A stretch of 64,000 nt of DNA from Auanema rhodensis. Lineage: Eukaryota; Animalia; Nematoda. The stretch lies in contig OZ059900.1 of NCBI GenBank assembly GCA_964057225.1, positions 15,748,001 through 15,812,000 of the forward strand. Direction: 5' to 3'. Shown one piece after another: positions 12,301-27,400 of the stretch. The number at the start of each line of letters is the position of its first letter. The stretch's first letter is position 1. The position numbers and the translations under genes were made by a program. The notes under the pieces are model-generated. The model worked only from the letters and a program-made list of their open reading frames with translations. It had not been told where the DNA came from and did not search any database.

Positions 12301-15300
12301 TCATGTGTTCAAACTCATGCAATGTCAATGAAACCTAGCTCAAAATTGTTCCTACAACGTCTAGTTCCACTTTCACGACAAAAAAACAGGGGTTAGAAAA
12401 TTAAGGAAATTAGCATATTCTGAGGGCACGCCCCTTATGGCTAATATTGATTAAATCGATTTTTGTTCATATGAGTCGTCAAATGCAACGAATTTCAGCG
12501 TGTTACATACTAAAATGAAACATTTTACATGCTGAACACTAGAAAAATACAAAAACACAGTATTTCCCATGAGAAATATTTTATTATGCTGGAAAACCAG
12601 TTTTTGGAAATTTCGCTGTAAACAAGGTTTTGACTTACGATTTCATGTGTTCAAACTCATGCAATGTCAATGAAACCTAGCTCAAAATTGTTCCTACAAC
12701 GTCTAATTCCACTTTCACGACAAAAAAACAGGGGTTAGAAAATTAAGGAAATTAGCATATTCTGAGGGCACGCCCCTTATGGCTAATATTGATTAAATCG
12801 ATTTTTGTTCATATGAGTCGTCAAATGCAACGAATTTCAGCGTGTTACATACTAAAATGAAGCATTTCACATGCTGAACACTAGAAAAATACAAAAACAC
12901 AGTATTTCCCATGAGAAATATTTTATTATGCTGGAAAACCAGTTTTTGGAAATTTCGCTGTAAACAAGGTTTTGACTTACGATTTCATGTGTTCAAACTC
13001 ATGCAATGTCAATGAAACCTAGCTCAAAATTGTTCCTACAACGTCTAGTTCCACTTTCACGACAAAAAAACAGGGGTTAGAAAATTAAGGAAATTAGCAT
13101 ATTCTGAGGGCACGCCCCTTATGGCTAATATTGATTAAATCGATTTTTGTTCATATGAGTCGTCAAATGCAACGAATTTCAGCGTGTTACATACTAAAAT
13201 GAAACATTTCACATGCTGAACACTAGAAAAATACAAAAACACAGTATTTCCCATGAGAAATATTTTATTATGCTGGAAAACCAGTTTTTGGAAATTTCGC
13301 TGTAAACAAGGTTTTGACTTACGATTTCATGTGTTCAAACTCATGCAATGTCAATGAAACCTAGCTCAAAATTGTTCCTACAACGTCTAGTTCCACTTTC
13401 ACGACAAAAAAACCGGGGTTAGAAAATTAAGGAAATTAGCATATTCTGAGGGCACGCCCCTTATGGCTAATATTGATTAAATCGATTTTTGTTCATATGA
13501 GTAGTCAAATGCAACGAATTTCAGCGTGTTACATACTAAAATGAAGCATTTTACATGCTGAACACTAGAAAAATACAAAAACACAGTATTTCCCATGAGA
13601 AATATTTTATTATGCTGGAAAACCAGTTTTTGGAAATTTCGCTGTAAACAAGGTTTTGACTTACGATTTCATGTGTTCAAACTCATGCAATGTCAATGAA
13701 ACCTAGCTCAAAATTGTTCCTACAACGTCTAGTTCCACTTTCACGACAAAAAAACCGGGGTTAGAAAATTAAGGAAATTAGCATATTCTGAGGGCACGCC
13801 CCTTATGGCTAATATTGATTAAATCGATTTTTGTTCATATGAGTCGTCAAATGCAACGAATTTCAGCGTGTTACATACTAAAATGAAGCATTTTACATGC
13901 TGAACACTAGAAAAATACAAAAACACAGTATTTCCCATGAGAAATATTTTATTATGCTGGAAAACCAGTTTTTGGAAATTTCGCTGTAAACAAGGTTTTG
14001 ACTTACGATTTCATGTGTTCAAAGTCATGCAATGTCAATGAAACCTAGCTCAAAATTGTTTGTACAACGTCTAGTTCCACTTTCACGACAAAAAAACAGG
14101 GGTTAGAAAATTAAGGAAATTAGCATATTCTGAGGGCACGCCCCTTATGGCTAATATTGATTAAATCGATTTTTGTTCATATGAGTAGTCAAATGCAACG
14201 AATTTCAGCGTGTTACATACTAAAATGAAGCATTTTACATGCTGAACACTAGAAAAATACAAAAACACAGTATTTCCCATGAGAAATATTTTATTATGCT
14301 GGAAAACCAGTTTTTGGAAATTTCGCTGTAAACAAGGTTTTGACTTACGATTTCATGTGTTCAAACTCATGCAATGTCAATGAAACCTAGCTCAAAATTG
14401 TTCCTACAACGTCTAATTCCACTTTCACGACAAAAAAACCGGGGTTAGAAAATTAAGGAAATTAGCATATTCTGAGGGCACGCCCCTTATGGCTAATATT
14501 GATTAAATCGATTTTTGTTCATATGAGTCGTCAAATGCAACGAATTTCAGCGTGTTACATACTAAAATGAAGCATTTCACATGCTGAACACTAGAAAAAT
14601 ACAAAAACACAGTATTTCCCATGAGAAATATTTTATTATGCTGGAAAACCAGTTTTTGGAAATTTCGCTGTAAACAAGGTTTTGACTTACGATTTCATGT
14701 GTTCAAACTCATGCAATGTCAATGAAACCTAGCTCAAAATTGTTTGTACAACGTCTAGTTCCACTTTCACGACAAAAAAACAGGGGTTAGAAAATTAAGG
14801 AAATTAGCATATTCTGAGGGCACGCCCCTTATGGCTAATATTGATTAAATCGATTTTTGTTCATATGAGTAGTCAAATGCAACGAATTTCAGCGTGTTAC
14901 ATACTAAAATGAAGCATTTTACATGCTGAACACTAGAAAAATACAAAAACACAGTATTTCCCATGAGAAATATTTTATTATGCTGGAAAACCAGTTTTTG
15001 GAAATTTCGCTGTAAACAAGGTTTTGACTTACGATTTCATGTGTTCAAACTCATGCAATGTCAATGAAACCTAGCTCAAAATTGTTCCTACAACGTCTAA
15101 TTCCACTTTCACGACAAAAAAACCGGGGTTAGAAAATTAAGGAAATTAGCATATTCTGAGGGCACGCCCCTTATGGCTAATATTGATTAAATCGATTTTT
15201 GTTCATATGAGTCGTCAAATGCAACGAATTTCAGCGTGTTACATACTAAAATGAAGCATTTCACATGCTGAACACTAGAAAAATACAAAAACACAGTATT

Positions 15301-15430
15301 TCCCATGAGAAATATTTTATTATGCTGGAAAACCAGTTTTTGGAAATTTCGCTGTAAACAAGGTTTTGACTTACGATTTCATGTGTTCAAACTCATGCAA
15401 TGTCAATGAAACCTAGCTCAAAATTGTTCC

Positions 15431-18400
15431 TACAACGTCTAGTTCCACTTTCACGACAAAAAAACAGGGGTTAGAAAATTAAGGAAATTAGCATATTCTG
15501 AGGGCACGCCCCTTATGGCTAATATTGATTAAATCGATTTTTGTTCATATGAGTAGTCAAATGCAACGAATTTCAGCGTGTTACATACTAAAATGAAGCA
15601 TTTTACATGCTGAACACTAGAAAAATACAAAAACACAGTATTTCCCATGAGAAATATTTTATTATGCTGGAAAACCAGTTTTTGGAAATTTCGCTGTAAA
15701 CAAGGTTTTGACTTACGATTTCATGTGTTCAAACTCATGCAATGTCAATGAAACCTAGCTCAAAATTGTTCCTACAACGTCTAATTCCACTTTCACGACA
15801 AAAAAACCGGGGTTAGAAAATTAAGGAAATTAGCATATTCTGAGGGCACGCCCCTTATGGCTAATATTGATTAAATCGATTTTTGTTCATATGAGTCGTC
15901 AAATGCAACGAATTTCAGCGTGTTACATACTAAAATGAAGCATTTCACATGCTGAACACTAGAAAAATACAAAAACACAGTATTTCCCATGAGAAATATT
16001 TTATTATGCTGGAAAACCAGTTTTTGGAAATTTCGCTGTAAACAAGGTTTTGACTTACGATTTCATGTGTTCAAACTCATGCAATGTCAATGAAACCTAG
16101 CTCAAAATTGTTCCTACAACGTCTAGTTCCACTTTCACGACAAAAAAACAGGGGTTAGAAAATTAAGGAAATTAGCATATTCTGAGGGCACGCCCCTTAT
16201 GGCTAATATTGATTAAATCGATTTTTGTTCATATGAGTCGTCAAATGCAACGAATTTCAGCGTGTTACATACTAAAATGAAGCATTTTACATGCTGAACA
16301 CTAGAAAAATACAAAAACACAGTATTTCCCATGAGAAATATTTTATTATGCTGGAAAACCAGTTTTTGGAAATTTCGCTGTAAACAAGGTTTTGACTTAC
16401 GATTTCATGTGTTCAAACTCATGCAATGTCAATGAAACCTAGCTCAAAATTGTTCCTACAACGTCTAGTTCCACTTTCACGACAAAAAAACAGGGGTTAG
16501 AAAATTAATGAAATTAGCATATTCTGAGGGCACGCCTCTTATGGCTAATATTGATTAAATCGATTTTTGTTCATATGAGTCGTCAAATGCAACGAATTTC
16601 AGCGTGTTACATACTAAAATGAAGCATTTTACATGCTGAACACTAGAAAAATACAAAAACACAGTATTTCTCATGAGAAATATTTTATTATGCTGGAAAA
16701 CCAGTTTTTGGAAATTTCGCTGTAAACAAGGTTTTGACTTACGATTTCATGTGTTCAAACTCATGCAATGTCAATGAAACCTAGCTCAAAATTGTTCATA
16801 CAACGTCTGTTTCCACTTTCACGACAAAAAAACAGGGGTTAGAAAATTAAGGAAATTAGCATATTCTGAGGGCACGCCCCTTATGGCTAATATTGATTAA
16901 ATCGATTTTTGTTCATATGAGTCGTCAAATGCAACGAATTTCAGCGTGTTACATACTAAAATGAAGCATTTCACATGCTGAACACTAGAAAAATACAAAA
17001 ACACAGTATTTCCCATGAGAAATATTTTATTATGCTGGAAAACCAGTTTTTGGAAATTTCGCTGTAAACAAGGTTTTGACTTATGATTTCATGTGTTCAA
17101 ACTCATGCAATGTCAATGAAACCTAGCTCAAAATTGTTCCTACAACGTCTAGTTCCACTTTCACGACAAAAAAACAGGGGTTAGAAAATTAAGGAAATTA
17201 GCATATTCTGAGGGCACGCCCCTTATGGCTAATATTGATTAAATCGATTTTTGTTCATATGAGTCGTCAAATGCAACGAATTTCAGCGTGTTACATACTA
17301 AAATGAAGCATTTTACATGCTGAACACTAGAAAAATACAAAAACACAGTATTTCTCATGAGAAATATTTTATTATGCTGGAAAACCAGTTTTTGGAAATT
17401 TCGCTGTAAACAAGGTTTTGACTTACGATTTCATGTGTTCAAACTCATGCAATGTCAATGAAACCTAGCTCAAAATTGTTTGTACAACGTCTAGTTCCAC
17501 TTTCACGACAAAAAAACAGGGGTTAGAAAATTAAGGAAATTAGCATATTCTGAGGGCACGCCCCTTATGGCTAATATTGATTAAATCGATTTTTGTTCAT
17601 ATGAGTCGTCAAATGCAACGAATTTCAGCGTGTTACATACTAAAATGAAGCATTTTACATGCTGAACACTAGAAAAATACAAAAACACAGTATTTCCCAT
17701 GAGAAATATTTTATTATGCTGGAAAACCAGTTTTTGGAAATTTCGCTGTAAACAAGGTTTTGACTTACGATTTCATGTGTTCAAACTCATGCAATGTCAA
17801 TGAAACCTAGCTCAAAATTGTTCCTACAACGTCTAGTTCCACTTTCACGACAAAAAAACAGGGGTTAGAAAATTAATGAAATTAGCATATTCTGAGGGCA
17901 CGCCCCTTATGGCTAATATTGATTAAATCGATTTTTGTTCATATGAGTCGTCAAATGCAACGAATTTCATCGTGTTACATACTAAAATGAAGCATTTTAC
18001 ATGCTGAACACTAGAAAAATACAAAAACACAGTATTTCTCATGAGAAATATTTTATTATGCTGGAAAACCAGTTTTTGGAAATTTCGCTGTAAACAAGGT
18101 TTTGACTTACGATTTCATGTGTTCAAACTCATGCAATGTCAATGAAACCTAGCTCAAAATTGTTTGTACAACGTCTAGTTCCACTTTCACGACAAAAAAA
18201 CAGGGGTTAGAAAATTAAGGAAATTAGCATATTCTGAGGGCACGCCCCTTATGGCTAATATTGATTAAATCGATTTTTGTTCATATGAGTAGTCAAATGC
18301 AACGAATTTCAGCGTGTTACATACTAAAATGAAGCATTTTACATGCTGAACACTAGAAAAATACAAAAACACAGTATTTCCCATGAGAAATATTTTATTA

Positions 18401-21400
18401 TGCTGGAAAACCAGTTTTTGGAAATTTCGCTGTAAACAAGGTTTTGACTTACGATTTCATGTGTTCAAACTCATGCAATGTCAATGAAACCTAGCTCAAA
18501 ATTGTTCCTACAACGTCTAATTCCACTTTCACGACAAAAAAACCGGGGTTAGAAAATTAAGGAAATTAGCATATTCTAAGGGCACGCCCCTTATGGCTAA
18601 TATTGATTAAATCGATTTTTGTTCATATGAGTCGTCAAATGCAACGAATTTCAGCGTGTTACATACTAAAATGAAGCATTTTACATGCTGAACACTAGAA
18701 AAATACAAAAACACAGTATTTCCCATGAGAAATATTTTATTATGCTGGAAAACCAGTTTTTGGAAATTTCGCTGTAAACAAGGTTTTGACTTACGATTTC
18801 ATGTGTTCAAACTCATGCAATGTCAATGAAACCTAGCTCAAAATTGTTCCTACAACGTCTAGTTCCACTTTCACGACAAAAAAACAGGGGTTAGAAAATT
18901 AATGAAATTAGCATATTCTGAGGGCACGCCCCTTATGGCTAATATTGATTAAATCGATTTTTGTTCATATGAGTCGTCAAATGCAACGAATTTCATCGTG
19001 TTACATACTAAAATGAAGCATTTTACATGCTGAACACTAGAAAAATACAAAAACACAGTATTTCTCATGAGAAATATTTTATTATGCTGGAAAACCAGTT
19101 TTTGGAAATTTCGCTGTAAACAAGGTTTTGACTTACGATTTCATGTGTTCAAACTCATGCAATGTCAATGAAACCTAGCTCAAAATTGTTCCTACAACGT
19201 CTGTTTCCACTTTCACGACAAAAAAACAGGGGTTAGAAAATTAAGGAAATTAGCATATTCTGAGGGCACGCCCCTTATGGCTAATATTGATTAAATCGAT
19301 TTTTGTTCATATGAGTCGTCAAATGCAACGAATTTCAGCGTGTTACATACTAAAATGAAGCATTTTACATGCTGAACACTAGAAAAATACAAAAACACAG
19401 TATTTCCCATGAGAAATATTTTATTATGCTGGAAAACCAGTTTTTGGAAATTTCGCTGTAAACAAGGTTTTGACTTACGCTTTCATGTGTTCAAACTCAT
19501 GCAATGTCAATGAAACCTAGCTCAAAATTGTTCCTACAACGTCTAGTTCCACTTTCACGACAAAAAAACAGGGGTTAGAAAATTAATGAAATTAGCATAT
19601 TCTGAGGGCACGCCCCTTATGGCTAATATTGATTAAATCGATTTTTGTTCATATGAGTCGTCAAATGCAACGAATTTCATCGTGTTACATACTAAAATGA
19701 AGCATTTTACATGCTGAACACTAGAAAAATACAAAAACACAGTATTTCTCATGAGAAATATTTTATTATGCTGGAAAACCAGTTATTGGAAATTTCGCTG
19801 TAAACAAGGTTTTGACTTACGATTTCATGTGTTCAAACTCATGCAATGTCAATGAAACCTAGCTCAAAATTGTTTGTACAACGTCTGTTTCCACTTTCAC
19901 GACAAAAAAACAGGGGTTAGAAAATTAAGGAAATTAGCATATTCTGAGGGCACGCCCCTTATGGCTAATATTGATTAAATCGATTTTTGTTCATATGAGT
20001 CGTCAAATGCAACGAATTTCAGCGTGTTAAATACTAAAATGAAACATTTTACATGCTGAACAGTAGAAAAATACAAAAACACAGTATTTCCCATGAGAAA
20101 TATTTTATTATGCTGGAAAACCAGTTTTTGGAAATTTCGCTGTAAACAAGGTTTTGACTTACGATTTCATGTGTTCAAACTCATGCAATGTCAATGAAAC
20201 CTAGCTCAAAATTGTTCCTTCAACGTCTAGTTCCACTTTCACGACAAAAAAACGGGGGTTAGAAAATTAATGAAATCAGCATATTCTGAGGGCACGCCCC
20301 TTATGGCTAATATTGATTAAATCGATTTTTGTTCATATGAGTCGTCAAATGCAACGAATTTCATCGTGTTACATACTGAAATGAAGCATTTTACATGCTG
20401 AACACTAGAAAAATACAAAAACACAGTATTTCCCATGAGAAATATTTTATTATGCTGGAAAACCAGTTTTTGGAAATTTCGCTGTAAACAAGGTTTTGAC
20501 TTACGATTTCATGTGTTCAAACTCATGCAATGTCAATGAAACCTAGCTCAAAATTGTTCGTACAACGTCTAGTTCCACTTTCACGACAAAAAAACAGGGG
20601 TTAGAAAATTAAGGAAATTAGCATATTCTGAGGGCACGCCCCTTATGGCTAATATTGATTAAATCGATTTTTGTTCATATGAGTCGTCAAATGCAACGAA
20701 TTTCAGCGTGTTACATACTAAAATGAAGCATTTTACATGCTGAACACTAGAAAAATACAAAAACACAGTATTTCCCATGAGAAATATTTTATTATGCTGG
20801 AAAACCAGTTTTTGGAAATTTCGCTGTAAACAAGGTTTTGACATACGATTTCATGTGTTCAAACTCATGCAATGTCAATGAAACCTAGCTCAAAATTGTT
20901 CGTACAACGTCTGGTTCCACTTTCACGACAAAAAAACAGGGGTTAGAAAATTTAGGAAATTAGCATATTCTGAGGGCACGCCCCTTATGGCTAATATTGA
21001 TTAAATCGATTTTTGTTCATATTAGTCGTCAAATGCAACGAATTTCAGCGTGTTACATACTAAAATGAAGCATTTTACATGCTGAACACTAGAAAAATAC
21101 AAAAACACAGTATTTCCCATGAGAAATATTTTATTATGCTGGAAAACCAGTTTTTGGAAATTTCGCTGTAAACAAGGTTTTGACTTACGATTTCATGTGT
21201 TCAAACTCATGCAATGTCAATGAAACCTAGCTCAAAATTGTTCCTTCAACGTCTAGTTCCACTTTCACGACAAAAAAACGGGGGTTAGAAAATTAATGAA
21301 ATCAGCATATTCTGAGGGCACGCCCCTTATGGCTAATATTGATTAAATCGATTTTTGTTCATATGAGTCGTCAAATGCAACGAATTTCATCGTGTTACAT

Positions 21401-24400
21401 ACTAAAATGAAGCATTTTACATGCTGAACACTAGAAAAATACAAAAACACAGTATTTCTCATGAGAAATATTTTATTATGCTGGAAAACCAGTTTTTGGA
21501 AATTTCGCTGTAAACAAGGTTTTGACTTACGATTTCATGTGTTCAAACTCATGCAATGTCAATGAAACCTAGCTCAAAATTGTTTGTACAACGTCTAGTT
21601 CCACTTTCACGACAAAAAAACAGGGGTTAGAAAATTAAGGAAATTAGCATATTCTGAGGGCACGCCCCTTATGGCTAATATTGATTAAATCGATTTTTGT
21701 TCATATGAGTAGTCAAATGCAACGAATTTCAGCGTGTTACATACTGAAATGAAGCATTTTACATGCTGAACACTAGAAAAATACAAAAACACAGTATTTC
21801 CCATGAGAAATATTTTATTATGCTGGAAAACCAGTTTTTGGAATTTTCGCTGTAAACAAGGTTTTGACTTACGATTTCATGTGTTCAAACTCATGCAATG
21901 TCAATGAAACCTAGCTCAAAATTGTTCGTACAACGTCTAGTTCCACTTTCACGACAAAAAAACAGGGGTTAGAAAATTAAGGAAATTAGCATATTCTGAG
22001 GGCACGCCCCTTATGGCTAATATTGATTAAATCGATTTTTGTTCATATGAGTCGTCAAATGCAACGAATTTCAGCGTGTTACATACTAAAATGAAGCATT
22101 TTACATGCTGAACACTAGAAAAATACAAAAACACAGTATTTCCCATGAGAAATATTTTATTATGCTGGAAAACCAGTTTTTGGAAATTTCGCTGTAAACA
22201 AGGTTTTGACATACGATTTCATGTGTTCAAACTCATGCAATGTCAATGAAACCTAGCTCAAAATTGTTCGTACAACGTCTGGTTCCACTTTCACGACAAA
22301 AAAACAGGGGTTAGAAAATTTAGGAAATTAGCATATTCTGAGGGCACGCCCCTTATGGCTAATATTGATTAAATCGATTTTTGTTCATATGAGTCGTCAA
22401 ATGCAACGAATTTCAGCGTGTTACATACTAAAATGAAGCATTTTACATGCTGAACACTAGAAAAATACAAAAACACAGTATTTCCCATGAGAAATATTTT
22501 ATTATGCTGGAAAACCAGTTTTTGGAAATTTCGCTGTAAACAAGGTTTTGACATACGATTTCATGTGTTCAAACTCATGCAATGTCAATGAAACCTAGCT
22601 CAAAATTGTTCGTACAACGTCTGGTTCCACTTTCACGACAAAAAAACAGGGGTTAGAAAATTTAGGAAATTAGCATATTCTGAGGGCACGCCCCTTATGG
22701 CTAATATTGATTAAATCGATTTTTGTTCATATGAGTCGTCAAATGCAACGAATTTCAGCGTGTTACATACTAAAATGAAGTATTTTACATGCTGAACACT
22801 AGAAAAATACAAAAACACAGTATTTCCCATGAGAAATATTTTATTATGCTGGAAAACCAGTTTTTGGAAATTTCGCTGTAAACAAGGTTTTGACTTACGA
22901 TTTCATGTGTTCAAACTCATGCAATGTCAATGAAACCTAGCTCAAAATTGTTTGTACAACGTCTAGTTCCACTTTCACGACAAAAAAACAGGGGTTAGAA
23001 AATTAAGGAAATTAGCATATTCTGAGGGCACGCCCCTTATGGCTAATATTGATTAAATCGATTTTTGTTCATATGAGTAGTCAAATGCAACGAATTTCAG
23101 CGTGTTACATACTAAAATGAAGCATTTTACATGCTGAACACTAGAAAAATACAAAAACACAGTATTTCCCATGAGAAATATTTTATTATGCTGGAAAACC
23201 AGTTTTTGGAAATTTCGCTGTAAACAAGGTTTTGACTTACGATTTCATGTGTTCAAACTCATGCAATGTCAATGAAACCTAGCTCAAAATTGTTCCTACA
23301 ACGTCTAATTCCACTTTCACGACAAAAAAACCGGGGTTAGAAAATTAAGGAAATTAGCATATTCTGAGGGCACGCCCCTTATGGCTAATATTGATTAAAT
23401 CGATTTTTGTTCATATGAGTCGTCAAATGCAACGAATTTCAGCGTGTTACATACTAAAATGAAGCATTTCACATGCTGAACACTAGAAAAATACAAAAAC
23501 ACAGTATTTCCCATGAGAAATATTTTATTATGCTGGAAAACCAGTTTTTGGAAATTTCGCTGTAAACAAGGTTTTGACTTACGATTTCATGTGTTCAAAC
23601 TCATGCAATGTCAATGAAACCTAGCTCAAAATTGTTCCTACAACGTCTAGTTCCACTTTCACGACAAAAAAACAGGGGTTAGAAAATTAAGGAAATTAGC
23701 ATATTCTGAGGGCACGCCCCTTATGGCTAATATTGATTAAATCGATTTTTGTTCATATGAGTCGTCAAATGCAACGAATTTCAGCGTGTTACATACTAAA
23801 ATGAAGCATTTTACATGCTGAACACTAGAAAAATACAAAAACACAGTATTTCCCATGAGAAATATTTTATTATGCTGGAAAACCAGTTTTTGGAAATTTC
23901 GCTGTAAACAAGGTTTTGACTTACGATTTCATGTGTTCAAACTCATGCAATGTCAATGAAACCTAGCTCAAAATTGTTCCTACAACGTCTAGTTCCACTT
24001 TCACGACAAAAAAACAGGGGTTAGAAAATTAATGAAATTAGCATATTCTGAGGGCACGCCTCTTATGGCTAATATTGATTAAATCGATTTTTGTTCATAT
24101 GAGTCGTCAAATGCAACGAATTTCAGCGTGTTACATACTAAAATGAAGCATTTTACATGCTGAACACTAGAAAAATACAAAAACACAGTATTTCTCATGA
24201 GAAATATTTTATTATGCTGGAAAACCAGTTTTTGGAAATTTCGCTGTAAACAAGGTTTTGACTTACGATTTCATGTGTTCAAACTCATGCAATGTCAATG
24301 AAACCTAGCTCAAAATTGTTCATACAACGTCTGTTTCCACTTTCACGACAAAAAAACAGGGGTTAGAAAATTAAGGAAATTAGCATATTCTGAGGGCACG

Positions 24401-27400
24401 CCCCTTATGGCTAATATTGATTAAATCGATTTTTGTTCATATGAGTCGTCAAATGCAACGAATTTCAGCGTGTTACATACTAAAATGAAGCATTTCACAT
24501 GCTGAACACTAGAAAAATACAAAAACACAGTATTTCCCATGAGAAATATTTTATTATGCTGGAAAACCAGTTTTTGGAAATTTCGCTGTAAACAAGGTTT
24601 TGACTTATGATTTCATGTGTTCAAACTCATGCAATGTCAATGAAACCTAGCTCAAAATTGTTCCTACAACGTCTAGTTCCACTTTCACGACAAAAAAACA
24701 GGGGTTAGAAAATTAAGGAAATTAGCATATTCTGAGGGCACGCCCCTTATGGCTAATATTGATTAAATCGATTTTTGTTCATATGAGTCGTCAAATGCAA
24801 CGAATTTCAGCGTGTTACATACTAAAATGAAGCATTTTACATGCTGAACACTAGAAAAATACAAAAACACAGTATTTCTCATGAGAAATATTTTATTATG
24901 CTGGAAAACCAGTTTTTGGAAATTTCGCTGTAAACAAGGTTTTGACTTACGATTTCATGTGTTCAAACTCATGCAATGTCAATGAAACCTAGCTCAAAAT
25001 TGTTTGTACAACGTCTAGTTCCACTTTCACGACAAAAAAACAGGGGTTAGAAAATTAAGGAAATTAGCATATTCTGAGGGCACGCCCCTTATGGCTAATA
25101 TTGATTAAATCGATTTTTGTTCATATGAGTCGTCAAATGCAACGAATTTCAGCGTGTTACATACTAAAATGAAGCATTTTACATGCTGAACACTAGAAAA
25201 ATACAAAAACACAGTATTTCCCATGAGAAATATTTTATTATGCTGGAAAACCAGTTTTTGGAAATTTCGCTGTAAACAAGGTTTTGACTTACGATTTCAT
25301 GTGTTCAAACTCATGCAATGTCAATGAAACCTAGCTCAAAATTGTTCCTACAACGTCTAGTTCCACTTTCACGACAAAAAAACAGGGGTTAGAAAATTAA
25401 TGAAATTAGCATATTCTGAGGGCACGCCCCTTATGGCTAATATTGATTAAATCGATTTTTGTTCATATGAGTCGTCAAATGCAACGAATTTCATCGTGTT
25501 ACATACTAAAATGAAGCATTTTACATGCTGAACACTAGAAAAATACAAAAACACAGTATTTCTCATGAGAAATATTTTATTATGCTGGAAAACCAGTTTT
25601 TGGAAATTTCGCTGTAAACAAGGTTTTGACTTACGATTTCATGTGTTCAAACTCATGCAATGTCAATGAAACCTAGCTCAAAATTGTTTGTACAACGTCT
25701 AGTTCCACTTTCACGACAAAAAAACAGGGGTTAGAAAATTAAGGAAATTAGCATATTCTGAGGGCACGCCCCTTATGGCTAATATTGACTAAATCGATTT
25801 TTGTTCATATGAGTAGTCAAATGCAACGAATTTCAGCGTGTTACATACTAAAATGAAGCATTTTACATGCTGAACACTAGAAAAATACAAAAACACAGTA
25901 TTTCCCATGAGAAATATTTTATTATGCTGGAAAACCAGTTTTTGGAAATTTCGCTGTAAACAAGGTTTTGACTTACGATTTCATGTGTTCAAACTCATGC
26001 AATGTCAATGAAACCTAGCTCAAAATTGTTCCTACAACGTCTAATTCCACTTTCACGACAAAAAAACCGGGGTTAGAAAATTAAGGAAATTAGCATATTC
26101 TAAGGGCACGCCCCTTATGGCTAATATTGATTAAATCGATTTTTGTTCATATGAGTCGTCAAATGCAACGAATTTCAGCGTGTTACATACTAAAATGAAG
26201 CATTTTACATGCTGAACACTAGAAAAATACAAAAACACAGTATTTCCCATGAGAAATATTTTATTATGCTGGAAAACCAGTTTTTGGAAATTTCGCTGTA
26301 AACAAGGTTTTGACTTACGATTTCATGTGTTCAAACTCATGCAATGTCAATGAAACCTAGCTCAAAATTGTTCCTACAACGTCTAGTTCCACTTTCACGA
26401 CAAAAAAACAGGGGTTAGAAAATTAATGAAATTAGCATATTCTGAGGGCACGCCCCTTATGGCTAATATTGATTAAATCGATTTTTGTTCATATGAGTCG
26501 TCAAATGCAACGAATTTCATCGTGTTACATACTAAAATGAAGCATTTTACATGCTGAACACTAGAAAAATACAAAAACACAGTATTTCTCATGAGAAATA
26601 TTTTATTATGCTGGAAAACCAGTTTTTGGAAATTTCGCTGTAAACAAGGTTTTGACTTACGATTTCATGTGTTCAAACTCATGCAATGTCAATGAAACCT
26701 AGCTCAAAATTGTTCCTACAACGTCTGTTTCCACTTTCACGACAAAAAAACAGGGGTTAGAAAATTAAGGAAATTAGCATATTCTGAGGGCACGCCCCTT
26801 ATGGCTAATATTGATTAAATCGATTTTTGTTCATATGAGTCGTCAAATGCAACGAATTTCAGCGTGTTACATACTAAAATGAAGCATTTTACATGCTGAA
26901 CACTAGAAAAATACAAAAACACAGTATTTCCCATGAGAAATATTTTATTATGCTGGAAAACCAGTTTTTGGAAATTTCGCTGTAAACAAGGTTTTGACTT
27001 ACGCTTTCATGTGTTCAAACTCATGCAATGTCAATGAAACCTAGCTCAAAATTGTTCCTACAACGTCTAGTTCCACTTTCACGACAAAAAAACAGGGGTT
27101 AGAAAATTAATGAAATTAGCATATTCTGAGGGCACGCCCCTTATGGCTAATATTGATTAAATCGATTTTTGTTCATATGAGTCGTCAAATGCAACGAATT
27201 TCATCGTGTTACATACTAAAATGAAGCATTTTACATGCTGAACACTAGAAAAATACAAAAACACAGTATTTCTCATGAGAAATATTTTATTATGCTGGAA
27301 AACCAGTTATTGGAAATTTCGCTGTAAACAAGGTTTTGACTTACGATTTCATGTGTTCAAACTCATGCAATGTCAATGAAACCTAGCTCAAAATTGTTTG

